From: Rhodoferax sp.
Lineage (GTDB): Bacteria > Pseudomonadota > Gammaproteobacteria > Burkholderiales > Burkholderiaceae_C
Reading direction: 5' to 3'
Assembly (NCBI GenBank): GCA_040400575.1
Contig: JBBAPX010000009.1
Location: 46,334-110,333, forward strand
DNA length: 64,000 bases
Part shown: in pieces, positions 29,554-39,655 of the stretch
Position numbering within the stretch: position 1 is the stretch's first letter
Layout of the letters: the number at the start of each line of letters is the position of its first letter
Notes under the pieces: generated by a model
The model's input: the letters and a program-made list of their open reading frames with translations, nothing else
What the model was told of the DNA's origin: nothing
The model's database searches: none
Translations under genes and position numbers: made by a program

Positions 29554-30369
29554 CTAAGGCTTCACAAAGCGCAGAGTAAAGCGGTCGCTCTCTCCGATGG
29601 CAGCGTATTTCTCGCGGTCTTTGTCTTTCAGGCGGTAGCTGGGCGGCAGCGTCCAGACGCCTTCGGGGTGGTCTTTGCTGTCCTTGGGGTTGGCATTCAC
29701 TTCCGAGCTGGCTTGCAGCTGAAAGCCCGCTTGTTCGATGAGCGCAATGGCCACGTCCTGGCGCACATAGCCCGAGGCGATTTGCTGGGCTTGGGTTTGG
29801 TCGGTGCGGCCCCTGTGGTCCACGATGCCCAAAATGCCGCCGGGCTTCAAGGCCAAATAAAAAGCCTTGAGAGATTCTTGCAACTCGCCTTGCTCCATCC
29901 AATTGTGCAGATTGCGAAAACTGATGACTGCATCGGCGCTGCCGGCAGGCGCGATGGCATGGCGGTCTGCGCGAAACGGGGTAACCAGCACCTTGCCGTA
30001 CAAGTCGGGTTCCTTGCGCAGGCGCTGCAAAAGCTTGTCATGGTCGGCCTGGTACTGCGGCTGCGAACCATCGCGGTTCGCGGCGATATACAAACCTTTT
30101 TCCTTGAGCCACGGCGCAAGAATCTCCATGTAATAGCCGCCACTGCCAGGCAGGATTTCCACCACGGTGCTATCGGGCCGGATACCAAAAAACGCTAGCG
30201 TTTCAGCAGGATGTCGGTGATTGTCGCGCGCCACATTGCCCGGCGAGCGGTCGCTGGCGCTGAGCAAGGGCTTGAAGGTGTCGGCAGAGACCGGCTGGGC
30301 AATGGCAGAGTGCAAGCTCGCCGATACCGCGAGGGCCAAACAGAGCAATCGGCGGGATAAAGCATTCAT
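29554..30369 (-). CDS. Exported class I SAM-methyltransferase-like protein
   Basis: Signal peptide; RHPAETLAFFGI, VEILPGSGGYY, FRNLHNW, LKPGG, NPKD. Confidence 0.8.
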   Translation of the reverse strand: MNALSRRLLCLALAVSASLHSAIAQPVSADTFKPLLSASDRSPGNVARDNHRHPAETLAFFGIRPDSTVVEILPGSGGYYMEILAPWLKEKGLYIAANRDGSQPQYQADHDKLLQRLRKEPDLYGKVLVTPFRADRHAIAPAGSADAVISFRNLHNWMEQGELQESLKAFYLALKPGGILGIVDHRGRTDQTQAQQIASGYVRQDVAIALIEQAGFQLQASSEVNANPKDSKDHPEGVWTLPPSYRLKDKDREKYAAIGESDRFTLRFVKP

Positions 30370-30412
30370 TGAAAATCCCTCAAAGCGAAAGAGTCAAAGC
30401 AAGACCGCTGGC

Positions 30413-31264
30413 CTAAGGCTTGCGGTCAAAGTCACTTGCACCATGCCGCTCGGCCAACTGCTTGTCTGCATCGCCCCAGGTGCGGTTGACTATACGCCCA
30501 CGTTGTACCGCCGGGCGCTGGGCGATCTGGTCGGCCCAGCGGATGACGTGGGTGTATTCCTGCACTTGCAAAAATTCACCGGCTTCATAGAGTTGGCCTT
30601 TGGCCAAGGCGCCATACCAGGGCCAGACGGCCATGTCGGCGATGGTGTATTCCTCACCGGCCAAAAACGGGCGCTCTGCCAGGTGTTTGTCCAGCACATC
30701 CATTTGCCGCTTGACTTCCATGGCAAAGCGATTGATGGGGTACTCCATTTTGCTGGGCGCATAGGCATAAAAATGACCAAAGCCGCCACCCAACATCGGC
30801 GCACTGCCCATCTGCCAGAACAGCCAGGACATGCATTCGGTTTGCAGGGCAAAGTCCTTGGGCACAAAGGCGCCGAATTTCTGTGCCAAGTACCACAAAA
30901 TGGCCGCAGACTCAAACACGCGCACGGGCGCAGGACCGCTGCGGTCCAGCAGAGCCGGAATTTTGGAGTTGGGGTTGATGGCGACGAAGTCGCTGCCAAA
31001 TTGCTGGCCTTCCTGGATATTGATCAGCCAGGCATCGTATTCGGCGCCGCTGTGGCCCAACGCTAGTAATTCTTCCAGCATGATGGTGACTTTGATGCCG
31101 TTGGGTGTACCCAAGGAATACAGTTGCATCGGATGTTTGCCCACCGGCAGCGCCTTGTCGTGCGTAGCGCCGGCGATGGGCCGGTTGATGTGCGCGAACT
31201 TGCCGCCGCTGCTCTTGTCCCAGGTCCAGACCTTGGGCGGTAGATAGTCTGTGTTGCTACTCAT
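30413..31264 (-). CDS. yghU: Glutathione-dependent disulfide-bond oxidoreductase
   Basis: YLPPKVW, NRPIAGATH..LPVG.HP.QLYSLGTPNG, NPNSKIPAL, FESAAIL. Confidence 0.9.
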   Translation of the reverse strand: MSSNTDYLPPKVWTWDKSSGGKFAHINRPIAGATHDKALPVGKHPMQLYSLGTPNGIKVTIMLEELLALGHSGAEYDAWLINIQEGQQFGSDFVAINPNSKIPALLDRSGPAPVRVFESAAILWYLAQKFGAFVPKDFALQTECMSWLFWQMGSAPMLGGGFGHFYAYAPSKMEYPINRFAMEVKRQMDVLDKHLAERPFLAGEEYTIADMAVWPWYGALAKGQLYEAGEFLQVQEYTHVIRWADQIAQRPAVQRGRIVNRTWGDADKQLAERHGASDFDRKP

Positions 31265-32065
31265 TTAGCATCCCCTAAATTGTGGCGGACGTTTTTCCAC
31301 AAATGCCTGGGCTGCGTTTTTGTGGTCTTGGGTTTCAAAGGTGCGGATCATGTTGGGCGCTTCAAAGTCCAGCACATCACCGAGCGATCCGCGCAGTGCG
31401 GTGTTGAGGTTTTGCTTCATATACCCGACGGCCACGGTGGGCAGCGCGGCTAGTTCGCCGGCCCAGGCTTGGGCGGCTTGGGTTAGTTGGTCTTGGGCTA
31501 CCACGCGGTTGACCAGGCCGATACGCAGGGCTTCTTCGCTTTGCACTACCTGGGCTGTGAAATACATCTCGCGCGCTTTGGCCGCGCCCACCAAGTAGTT
31601 GAGAAAGTAGCTGCCGCCAAAGTCGCCCGACAGCCCGATTTTGGAAAAGGCCGTGGTGAATTTGGCGTTGCTGGAGGCGATACGCATGTCGCAGGCCAGC
31701 GCCAGCGAAAGGCCGGCGCCAGCCGCCGGGCCTGGGATGACGGCCAGCGTGGGCTTGGGCATCTCATGCAGCCAGCGGGCGGACTCCATGATCATGCGTA
31801 GCCCTTGTGTGCGCTCTTCAAAACTGAGGCTATCCGCACCATCGGCTGCGTTTTTGGCGAAGCCTTTGACATCGCCCCCGGCACAAAATGCATCGCCCGT
31901 GCCGGTCAGCACTACCAGGCGCACACTGCGGTCGGCGGCCAGTCGGGAAAGGCTGCGCTCTAAATCAATCAGCATGGACCGCGTCATGGCGTTGCGCGCC
32001 TCGGGTCGGTTCATGGTCAGGGTGGCGATGCCGCCTTCAATGTATTCTAGTAAATCTTGGCTCAT
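31265..32065 (-). CDS. Enoyl-CoA hydratase/isomerase family
   Basis: FCAGGDV, GPAAGAGLSLALACD, GLSGDFGG, EKRPPQF. Confidence 0.9.
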   Translation of the reverse strand: MSQDLLEYIEGGIATLTMNRPEARNAMTRSMLIDLERSLSRLAADRSVRLVVLTGTGDAFCAGGDVKGFAKNAADGADSLSFEERTQGLRMIMESARWLHEMPKPTLAVIPGPAAGAGLSLALACDMRIASSNAKFTTAFSKIGLSGDFGGSYFLNYLVGAAKAREMYFTAQVVQSEEALRIGLVNRVVAQDQLTQAAQAWAGELAALPTVAVGYMKQNLNTALRGSLGDVLDFEAPNMIRTFETQDHKNAAQAFVEKRPPQFRGC

Positions 32066-32129
32066 GGTCTGCCTCGGACTCGGTTCAGTGACTTATTTGT
32101 GTTGGCGCTACTGGAAGCGACGGCCGCGC

Positions 32130-33110
32130 TCAGACCGCTAGCAAGGCGGCTTTAGCCTCTTGGTATTCGCGCTTAAAGCGTGCCACCATTTCTCCCGCGG
32201 GCATCACTTCGCGGATAGCGCCTATGCCTTGGCCGCAGCCCCAGATATCTTTCCAGGCTTTGGCCGCGTTGGCACCCTCGCCGCTGGCGAAGTTCATTTT
32301 GCTGGGGTCACTCTCGGGCAAATGGTCAGGGTCCATACCGGCGTTACGGATACTGCCTTTGAGGTAATTGCCATGGATACCGGTGTAAAAGTTGCTGTAG
32401 ACAATGTCGTCAGAATTGGACTCGGTAATCATCTGCTTGTAGCCATCGACAGCGCGTGCTTCCTCGGTCGCAATAAAGGCCGAGCCGATGTAGGCCAGGT
32501 CCGCGCCCATGGCCTGCGCCGCCAAAATGGCGCCACCCGACGATATGGCGCCGGACAAGGCGACGGGTCCGCCAAACCATTGGCGAATTTCCGCCACCAT
32601 GGCAAAAGGGCTTTTTACGCTGGCGTGGCCACCAGCTCCAGCCGCAACAGGTATCAGGCCATCGGCGCCTTTTTCGATGGCTTTGTGGGCAAAGACGTTG
32701 TTGATGACATCATGCAGCACCACGCCGCCCCAGGCCTGTACCGCGCGGTTGACGTCCTCGCGCGCGCCCAGGCTGGTAATCACAATCGGCACTTTGTATT
32801 TTTCGCAGACCTGCATGTCGTGGTCTAAACGGTCATTGCTTTTGTGCACGATCTGGTTTATGGCATAGGGCGCAGCGGGTGCCTCAGGGTGGGCCTTGTC
32901 ATGGGCTGCCAGCGCCTCGGTGATTTCAGCCAACCATTCGTCTAGCTGGGCAGCAGGGCGCGCGTTGAGGGCGGGCATGGAACCTACCACGCCGGCCTTG
33001 CACTGGGCGATGACCAGTTTGGGGTTGCTGATGATGAACAGCGGCGAGGCAATCACTGGAAAGCGCAATTTTTGGAGTACGGGCGGGAGGTAGCGGGCAG
33101 GAGCAGTCAT
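32130..33110 (-). CDS. Nitronate monooxygenase-family flavoprotein
   Basis: PVIASPLF, AGAGGHA, GAISSG, AYIGSAFIAT. Confidence 0.88.
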   Translation of the reverse strand: MTAPARYLPPVLQKLRFPVIASPLFIISNPKLVIAQCKAGVVGSMPALNARPAAQLDEWLAEITEALAAHDKAHPEAPAAPYAINQIVHKSNDRLDHDMQVCEKYKVPIVITSLGAREDVNRAVQAWGGVVLHDVINNVFAHKAIEKGADGLIPVAAGAGGHASVKSPFAMVAEIRQWFGGPVALSGAISSGGAILAAQAMGADLAYIGSAFIATEEARAVDGYKQMITESNSDDIVYSNFYTGIHGNYLKGSIRNAGMDPDHLPESDPSKMNFASGEGANAAKAWKDIWGCGQGIGAIREVMPAGEMVARFKREYQEAKAALLAV

Positions 33111-33291
33111 GTTGTCGGGTAAATACGGTTAGGGTTTGAGGATTCCCCGATAGCATACGACAGGCCACGAGCGCGCAATCTCGCCAAGGTGACAGCCAGC
33201 CCTGGCGGCTTAGCGTGGGCCTGCCCGCCCTTTGCGCAGCAGGCCGCAGGCCGTGGTAGCCTTTGGTTTTGATTTGCAAACCTGATGGACT

Positions 33292-33768
33292 ATGCAGCTT
33301 AAAGCGTGGCGATTTCGAATCTTGGCCTTGGCTTGTGCTATGCCAGCCCTTGCCAGCGCGGCGCTGGGCGGGGCGCCGTTTGCCGCTGGTGCTTCCGCCA
33401 CGGTCGATGCACGGGTCGCCCGCTATCAGCCTGCAGCCATGGCGCAGGGCGGCTTGCGGGTATTTTCGCTGGAGCTCAACAATGCAAGCGTCGTTCAAGA
33501 ATTTGTGGACGCCAGCGGCCAGGTTTTCGCCCTGCGCTGGAGCGGCCCAGACTTGCCGGATATGGGCATGCTGTTGGGAGCTTACCTGCCGGTATTCAAG
33601 GCCTCAGTGCATGCGGCAAGGCAAGCGGGCAAGCGCGGCGGGCCCGTCATGGTGCAATCCGGTGGCTTAGTGCTGGTTTCTACCGGTGTCATGGGTGCGT
33701 TTCAGGGCTACGCTTATCTGACGGAGTTGCTTCCGCCTGGTGTTGATGTGCAGGCCCTATTGAAATAG
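33292..33768 (+). CDS. DUF2844-family exported protein
   Basis: Signal peptide ending ASA-ALGG; VQEFVDASGQVFALRWSGP..PD...LLG.Y; GVMGAF.G.AYL...LP.GV. Confidence 0.8.
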   Translation: MQLKAWRFRILALACAMPALASAALGGAPFAAGASATVDARVARYQPAAMAQGGLRVFSLELNNASVVQEFVDASGQVFALRWSGPDLPDMGMLLGAYLPVFKASVHAARQAGKRGGPVMVQSGGLVLVSTGVMGAFQGYAYLTELLPPGVDVQALLK

Positions 33769-33775
33769 TGCGATT

Positions 33776-35026
33776 TTGATGAAGCGCCTTATTTTGCTCG
33801 TCGCGCTGACATCGGGATTGGTGGCCTGTGGTGGGGGGACATCCGTTGAAAAGCGGCAGCTGCCCTCAGCCAATGCGTTGAATGTGGTCGACCTTTTGGT
33901 CGATGGCGGCCCGGACGGCAATGGCGTGAACCGGCTGTACACCAGCGTCACCATCTGTAAGCCCGGCAGCGTAACGCTGTGCAAAACCATAGACCATGTG
34001 CTGGTGGACACCGGCTCCGTGGGATTGCGCCTTCTGGCCAGCGAGGTACCGGCGCAATTGCAATTGAGCGCCGCCAAAACCACCAGCGGCAACGCGCTAC
34101 TGGGATGCGCTAATTTCCTGGACGGCTCTTTTGCCTGGGGCCCGCTGGCGCTCGCTGATGTGAAACTGGGCGGATTAACGGCAGCTAACACTACGGTCCA
34201 ATTGGTCGGGCATTCTGATTACGATCTATTCCAAAACCAATGTTCCTCATGGGGAGACCCCATCATTACCGCCAGTGACCTAGGTGCGAAGGGTATCTTG
34301 GGGGTGGGCCAAAGCAAACAGGACTGCGGTAGCGCCTGCGAAATACAAGGCCGTCGCAACGCGCGCAATGGAAAGTATTTCAGTTGCATCAACGCTGCGT
34401 GTACCAGCGTTACCGGCACCACATTAGCGAGCGACAAGCAACTGCAACAGGTGGTGGCACGCTTTCCAGAAGACAACAACGGCTTTGCAATCCAAATGGA
34501 CGGCGTGCCCACCCCGGGCGCCCTTACCGCCTCCGGGAAAATGATCTTTGGGCTGGGAACGCGAACTAACAACCAGTTTCCAGCGCTACAAGTTTTGGTG
34601 ACCACCAGTCAAGGCTACCTCTTGGGTGCCTTAAGTAGCAACAGCACATTAGCCGGCGGCAGTTTTTCAAGTACTTTTCTGGATACCGGCTCCAACGGAA
34701 TTTTTTTTGACTCGCGCTTACCGAATTGCGCCTACCCCAACGACAGCGGTTTTTATTGTCCGATTTCGGATGTGGTTTTTAACGTGGCGCTCGGTGGCAT
34801 TGGCACTGGGCAAGTGAACGCGTTTTTCACAATCACGAATGCCGCATCATTATTTCAAAAAAGCAACGCAGCGCTGCCAACCTTGGGCGGGTCTCTGAAC
34901 GCCCAAGGCCTTCTCGATTTGGGCCTCCCATTTTTTTATGGCAAGACCGTGGTTATAGGCATTGACGGCATGACTGCCACCGGTGTGGGTGCAAGTGCAG
35001 CCACGGGGCCGTTTTACGCTTTGTAG
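33776..35026 (+). CDS. DUF3443-family lipoprotein with pepsin-like aspartic-protease motifs
   Basis: Lipobox LVAC; LVDTGSVGLR and FLDTGSNG; GILGVG; LDLGLPFFYGK; many Cys. Confidence 0.8.
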   Translation: MMKRLILLVALTSGLVACGGGTSVEKRQLPSANALNVVDLLVDGGPDGNGVNRLYTSVTICKPGSVTLCKTIDHVLVDTGSVGLRLLASEVPAQLQLSAAKTTSGNALLGCANFLDGSFAWGPLALADVKLGGLTAANTTVQLVGHSDYDLFQNQCSSWGDPIITASDLGAKGILGVGQSKQDCGSACEIQGRRNARNGKYFSCINAACTSVTGTTLASDKQLQQVVARFPEDNNGFAIQMDGVPTPGALTASGKMIFGLGTRTNNQFPALQVLVTTSQGYLLGALSSNSTLAGGSFSSTFLDTGSNGIFFDSRLPNCAYPNDSGFYCPISDVVFNVALGGIGTGQVNAFFTITNAASLFQKSNAALPTLGGSLNAQGLLDLGLPFFYGKTVVIGIDGMTATGVGASAATGPFYAL

Positions 35027-35061
35027 CTCTGCAGTCAACGCTCGCAACAGGCGCTGAGCCC

Positions 35062-36141
35062 TCAAGCTGATCGCGCCAAAGCCACTGCCACTTCTTTCAC
35101 CAGCGCTGGGCCTTTGTAAATCAGGCCAGTGTAAATTTGCACCAAGTCCGCTCCGGCCGCGCGTTTGTCCAAGGCGTCTTGCCCGCAAAGGATGCCACCC
35201 ACGCCGATGATGGGGTAGTGCGGCCCGAGCGCGGCTCGCAATTGGCGGATGACGATATTGCTGGCCTCGCGCACTGGCGCGCCCGACAAACCGCCTGCTT
35301 CATCTCCGTGTGGCAAGCCACGCACTGCTTCCCGACTCAGCGTGGTATTTGCAGCGATCACGCCGTCTATGCCATGGCGTAGCAGCGTGGCGGCGATCAC
35401 GCTGATTTGGTCCGGCTCCAGATCCGGTGCAATTTTCAGAAAGATGGGTATGCGCTTGGGTTGGTTTGCGCCCGCATGGTCTGTTCCCGTATGGTGCTGT
35501 GCCAACTCCTCGCGCCGCTGGGCGATGGCCGCCAAGAGGGCATCTAGCGCCGCATCGCTTTGCAGGTCGCGCAGATTTTTGGTGTTTGGGCTGGAGATGT
35601 TGACGGTGACATAGTCCGCATGGTCGTACACGCTGTCCAAGCAGGCCAGGTAATCGTCGGTAGCGCGCTCTATGGGCGTCTCCGCGTTTTTGCCGATATT
35701 GAGCCCGAGCACAAGGCCAGGATGGCGGGCGCGGCGTAGCTGGGAGGCCTGCACATGGGCGACAAAGGCCGCCAGGCCGCCGTTGTTAAAGCCCATGCGA
35801 TTGATCAGGGCCTGGGCCTTGGATAAGCGGAACATGCGCGGCTTGGGGTTGCCGCTTTGCTCCAGGGGGGTAACCGTGCCCACCTCGACAAAGCCAAAGC
35901 CCATAGCGCCCAGCGCGTCGATGCAGCGGGCGTTCTTGTCCAATCCTGCCGCCAGGCCCACGCGGTTGGGAAAGCGCAGGCCCGCGATGGTGACCGGGTC
36001 TGCCACTTGCGTTTGGGCGTAGGCCAGTTGTAGCGGCGTGCCTTGGGTGCGGGCGAGAGCTTGTAGAGTGAAGTCGTGCGCTGCTTCGGCGTCCATGCCA
36101 AATAAAAAGGGGCGTACCAAGCCATAGGGCACCAGAGACAT
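35062..36141 (-). CDS. pyrD: Quinone-dependent dihydroorotate dehydrogenase
   Basis: [42 protein letters not shown]; start re-called to 36141. Confidence 0.96.
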   Translation of the reverse strand: MSLVPYGLVRPFLFGMDAEAAHDFTLQALARTQGTPLQLAYAQTQVADPVTIAGLRFPNRVGLAAGLDKNARCIDALGAMGFGFVEVGTVTPLEQSGNPKPRMFRLSKAQALINRMGFNNGGLAAFVAHVQASQLRRARHPGLVLGLNIGKNAETPIERATDDYLACLDSVYDHADYVTVNISSPNTKNLRDLQSDAALDALLAAIAQRREELAQHHTGTDHAGANQPKRIPIFLKIAPDLEPDQISVIAATLLRHGIDGVIAANTTLSREAVRGLPHGDEAGGLSGAPVREASNIVIRQLRAALGPHYPIIGVGGILCGQDALDKRAAGADLVQIYTGLIYKGPALVKEVAVALARSA

Positions 36142-36197
36142 CGGATAATTCCTGTTGATTTTTACTACTCCAGTGCGCATTGTCCCCTATGGTTTCT

Positions 36198-36926
36198 ATG
36201 TCCAATCCCCCCGCCCCTGCAAGCCCCAGCCCCCGCGCCTTGACGCAGGACGAACTCAAAACTCTGGTGGGGCAGGCCGCCTTGGACTACGTGGTGCGCG
36301 GTCAATGGGTGGGGGTGGGCACCGGCTCGACGGTGAATAAATTTATCGACGCTTTGGGCAGCATTCGCCACGAAATACCGGGCGCAGTCTCTAGCTCGGT
36401 GGCCAGTACCGAGCGCTTGCGGGCATTGGGCATAGAGGTGCGCGATGCCAACCAAGTCGATCGGCTGGCGGTCTATATCGATGGCGCTGATGAAATTGAC
36501 GGCCAGGGCTATATGGTCAAAGGCGGCGGCGCGGCGCTGACGCGAGAAAAAATTGTGGCCGCGCAATCCGACCGCTTTGTTTGCATTGCCGACGCGTCCA
36601 AACAGGTGTCGGTGTTGGGCAAGTTTCCCTTACCGGTGGAAGTGATTCCTATGGCCAGCGCGCGCATCATGCGCCAGTTTGCGGCCATGGGTGGCCTGAC
36701 CTCCATCCGCATGGCTGGGGATAAGCCCTTGGTGACGGACAACGGCCAGCTGCTGTTAGACGTTCAGGGCTTGTCGATCAGCGACCCCATAGCCTTTGAG
36801 GCCGAGGTCAGTCAGTGGCCCGGCGTAGTGACAGTGGGCGTATTTGCTTTTCAGCGGGCGCACATTTGTTTGCTGGGCACCGACGCGGGCGTGCAGACGC
36901 TGCGTTTCGATCAGTCGCGCAGCTAG
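36198..36926 (+). CDS. rpiA: Ribose-5-phosphate isomerase A (start 36189 or 36198)
   Basis: [29 protein letters not shown]. Confidence 0.96.
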   Translation: MSNPPAPASPSPRALTQDELKTLVGQAALDYVVRGQWVGVGTGSTVNKFIDALGSIRHEIPGAVSSSVASTERLRALGIEVRDANQVDRLAVYIDGADEIDGQGYMVKGGGAALTREKIVAAQSDRFVCIADASKQVSVLGKFPLPVEVIPMASARIMRQFAAMGGLTSIRMAGDKPLVTDNGQLLLDVQGLSISDPIAFEAEVSQWPGVVTVGVFAFQRAHICLLGTDAGVQTLRFDQSRS

Positions 36927-36972
36927 GAGCAGCGCGCAGCCCGGCCGTCCCTGTGCTGGGGCGTTTGCGGTC

Positions 36973-37536
36973 TCAGACCTTCACGTTGGCAAAGGTGGCG
37001 TGCTTGTGCAAATTCATGGCGACTACCACGCGTTTGCCCTCGGTGGCCGGTACCTCATGCGTCAGGATGCCGGGAAACATGACCAACATATTGGGTTTGA
37101 TTTGCAGCGGATATTTGCCCGCAAACACAATGGGCGCGCTGTTTTCGTGCGACTCCAGGTAAATCGAGCAACTGTAATCCGAGGGGAAATGGTTATGGGG
37201 AATGGTGTAACTGGCCTGTTCGTAGATGATGCCCCAGCACTCGCTGACGATCATTTCCATGTTTAAGGCATCCAAATCGGCCGACAGCAATTTGCTGGCT
37301 TCTTTGCTCACTTGCAGCACCACTTGCATCAGTGGTCCGAATTTATCGGTGAGCAAATGGCTGCGCCAGGGGCTCATGTAAGTGGCTTTCACATTGGAAG
37401 TGGGCGAAAGCGGGTGCGTCTCGCGCAATTCGTCAATTGCCATGCGCGCCAATTGCAAATGCGCTTGTAAAGGCGACAGGTCCGCCACAAACACTGGTAT
37501 GTCGGCATGGGCCATAAAGGGCTGAACAGCAATCAT
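36973..37536 (-). CDS. Putative 2OG-Fe(II) oxygenase
   Basis: HNH..D (HxH..), S.SIYL, VMFPGILTHEV, RVVVAMN double-stranded beta-helix pattern. Confidence 0.72.
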   Translation of the reverse strand: MIAVQPFMAHADIPVFVADLSPLQAHLQLARMAIDELRETHPLSPTSNVKATYMSPWRSHLLTDKFGPLMQVVLQVSKEASKLLSADLDALNMEMIVSECWGIIYEQASYTIPHNHFPSDYSCSIYLESHENSAPIVFAGKYPLQIKPNMLVMFPGILTHEVPATEGKRVVVAMNLHKHATFANVKV

Positions 37537-37721
37537 GTCAAAAAAACCTCGGCATTACGTTGACTCAGCAATTTGAGCGCGCTTATTGAATTTCCCCTGC
37601 TGGTGCTTCTTGTCAGTGTCCGCGGGATTGCAATGGAATGCATCCCAGTGATACCTCTGACGAGAGCGGCCGGATTTTAGGCGCATGCTAGCCTGTGCGC
37701 TCCTGGCGTGATTAGGTGGAC

Positions 37722-37735
37722 TTGACCTATATCAA
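37722..37735. promoter_or_regulatory. FNR/CRP-family box
   Basis: TTGAC-CTAT-ATCAA, 9/10 to consensus TTGAT-N4-ATCAA. Confidence 0.65.
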
Positions 37736-37850
37736 TCGCCCCCTAATTGCTTTGCAATCTAGACCTTGGACCACGCGCTGTGGTGGTGCAGGCGCAAGGA
37801 AAGGTGGAGATTGCCAGGAGCACCGGGAGCTGGCCCTGTGTGCTCGTGTT

Positions 37851-38510
37851 TCAGAGGCGCCGCACACTGCAAAACATGCCATCGGCTTGGTGCGAATTGG
37901 CGTAGAGGCAATCCGGATCCAAGGCCAAAATTGCTAGTACACCGGTTGTTTGTAGGTGCGCTAGTTTGTCCTTAAAACCAAAGCTTTCCCAAACTTCGAG
38001 CTTGACCGTAAAGGTAAATGCTGCGCCGGCGGCGAGTACGCGCAGGATTTCATCTAGGCAGTTGGCGCGCACATGGCCGCTGGTGAAGGTGCCGCAGCAG
38101 ATAGCGCCTTGGTAAGCGCCATCCGCCCAGGGCAGGGGGGCGTTCAGGTCCGCGCAGACCAGCGCACGGTAGCCGCCTTGCGTCTGCGCCACAGCCATCA
38201 TTTCGGGCGAAATGTCGATGCCGTAAATCACGCTAAAGCCGCGCGCTGCCAGCGCGCGGCCGGCCAAGCCAGTGCCACAGCCTATGTCCAGCACGGTGCT
38301 GGCCCGCTCGGGCAGCAAGGCGGCCAGCCGGTCGGCTACCAAGCTGGGAGATTGGTACTGCAGGCCTTCCAGCATGGTGCGGTCGTAGGTCTTGGACCAA
38401 TCGCGGTACAGGGCCAGGGACTCTGCATCGCTGGACAGGCCATAGGCGCGGCGCAGCAGTTCTTGTTCCTTGTGAGGCAAGGCGCTATCGGAAGTGGCGG
38501 GGTGGCTCAT
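37851..38510 (-). CDS. Class I SAM-dependent methyltransferase
   Basis: LYRDWSKTYD, VLDIGCGTG, GIDISPEM, GTFTSGH. Confidence 0.88.
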   Translation of the reverse strand: MSHPATSDSALPHKEQELLRRAYGLSSDAESLALYRDWSKTYDRTMLEGLQYQSPSLVADRLAALLPERASTVLDIGCGTGLAGRALAARGFSVIYGIDISPEMMAVAQTQGGYRALVCADLNAPLPWADGAYQGAICCGTFTSGHVRANCLDEILRVLAAGAAFTFTVKLEVWESFGFKDKLAHLQTTGVLAILALDPDCLYANSHQADGMFCSVRRL

Positions 38511-38641
38511 GACGCAAAGTACTTGGGTTCGCTAAAAGGGGGATATCCGAGCACCGATAATGCCACGCTGTCCTGTGCGGTCAGCCTATTAGCAGGCAAA
38601 ACGTCCACAGCTCCGTTGGTAGCGCTTGAAGGAAATATCAG

Positions 38642-39613
38642 ATGAAACGACGCACTCTTTTGCAAAGCACAGGTGCTCTGGCCTTGACTGGTGGGCCGGC
38701 ATGGGCCGAACCCGGTTTTCCCAACAAAACTTTGCGCTACATCGTGCCGGTGGCTGCTGGGGGCGGCAGTGATATGGTGGGCCGCACCGTTACGGAGCGC
38801 TGGGGCCGGGTGCTGAAACAAAGTTTTGTGGTGGACAACATCGGCGGTGGCGGCGGTGTGCTCGCCTGCCAGGCCACGATGCGCGCGCCAGCCGATGGCT
38901 ACACCTTGCTCCAAGGCTATGTCGCCACCCACGGCACCAGCCCGGCGACACGCAGCTTGCCCTATGACGCGGTTAAAGATTTCACGCCGGTGGGCATGAT
39001 TGGCGGCACGCCCAATGTGCTCGTGATCAATGCGTCCTTGCCGGTGAAGAACCTCAAAGAATTTTTGGACTATGTGAAAAAGAATCCGGGCCGCCTGAGT
39101 TATGGCTCGGCTGGGCAGGGCTCGCTGACGCACCTGACCATGGAGTTGTTCAAGCAGCAAATTGGCTCCTTCATGGTGCATATCCCGTACCGCGGCGTGG
39201 CGCCGGCCTTTACCGACCTGATAGGCGGCCAAACCCAGGCTATGTTTCCCGGTTTGGCTGCTGCCATGCCGCATATCCGCTCAGGGCGGGTGCGGCCCTT
39301 GGCGGTTACCGGCCAAAGCCGCCATGCCTTGCTCAAAGACACGCCTACGCTAGATGAATCTGGCTTTAAAGGCTTTGACGCGCAGCAGTGGTATGGCGTT
39401 GTCGGTCCAGCCGGGCTGCCGGCCGATGTACTCAAAACCTTGAGCGAAAGCTTGACGCAAATCCTGCAAGCGCCGGACATGGCAGAAAAGCTATCGATCG
39501 AGGCCATCGAGCCGCGTGCCATGACGCCCGAAGCCTTTGGCAAATTTATCAAGGCCGATATCGCCCGCTGGACCCAACTGGCCAAAGAACGCAATATCCA
39601 GCTCGAAGGCTAA
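38642..39613 (+). CDS. Bug/TctC tripartite tricarboxylate transporter substrate-binding protein
   Basis: IVPVAAGGGSD, YGSAGQGS..HL, HIPYRG, WYGVVGPAG. Confidence 0.93.
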   Translation: MKRRTLLQSTGALALTGGPAWAEPGFPNKTLRYIVPVAAGGGSDMVGRTVTERWGRVLKQSFVVDNIGGGGGVLACQATMRAPADGYTLLQGYVATHGTSPATRSLPYDAVKDFTPVGMIGGTPNVLVINASLPVKNLKEFLDYVKKNPGRLSYGSAGQGSLTHLTMELFKQQIGSFMVHIPYRGVAPAFTDLIGGQTQAMFPGLAAAMPHIRSGRVRPLAVTGQSRHALLKDTPTLDESGFKGFDAQQWYGVVGPAGLPADVLKTLSESLTQILQAPDMAEKLSIEAIEPRAMTPEAFGKFIKADIARWTQLAKERNIQLEG

Positions 39614-39655
39614 AAGCCCGGCTAAGACATCCTCTGATTTCAAAGAAAGCAAACC

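Noticed and set aside
34701-34708. T8 tract in DUF3443 as a phase-variation switch
   Set aside because: Short, encodes ordinary Ile-Phe-Phe, and the frame is intact.
38511-38641. c-di-GMP-I riboswitch (gacgcaaag and ggcaaaac words)
   Set aside because: The words occur in the wrong order and the supporting stems are missing.
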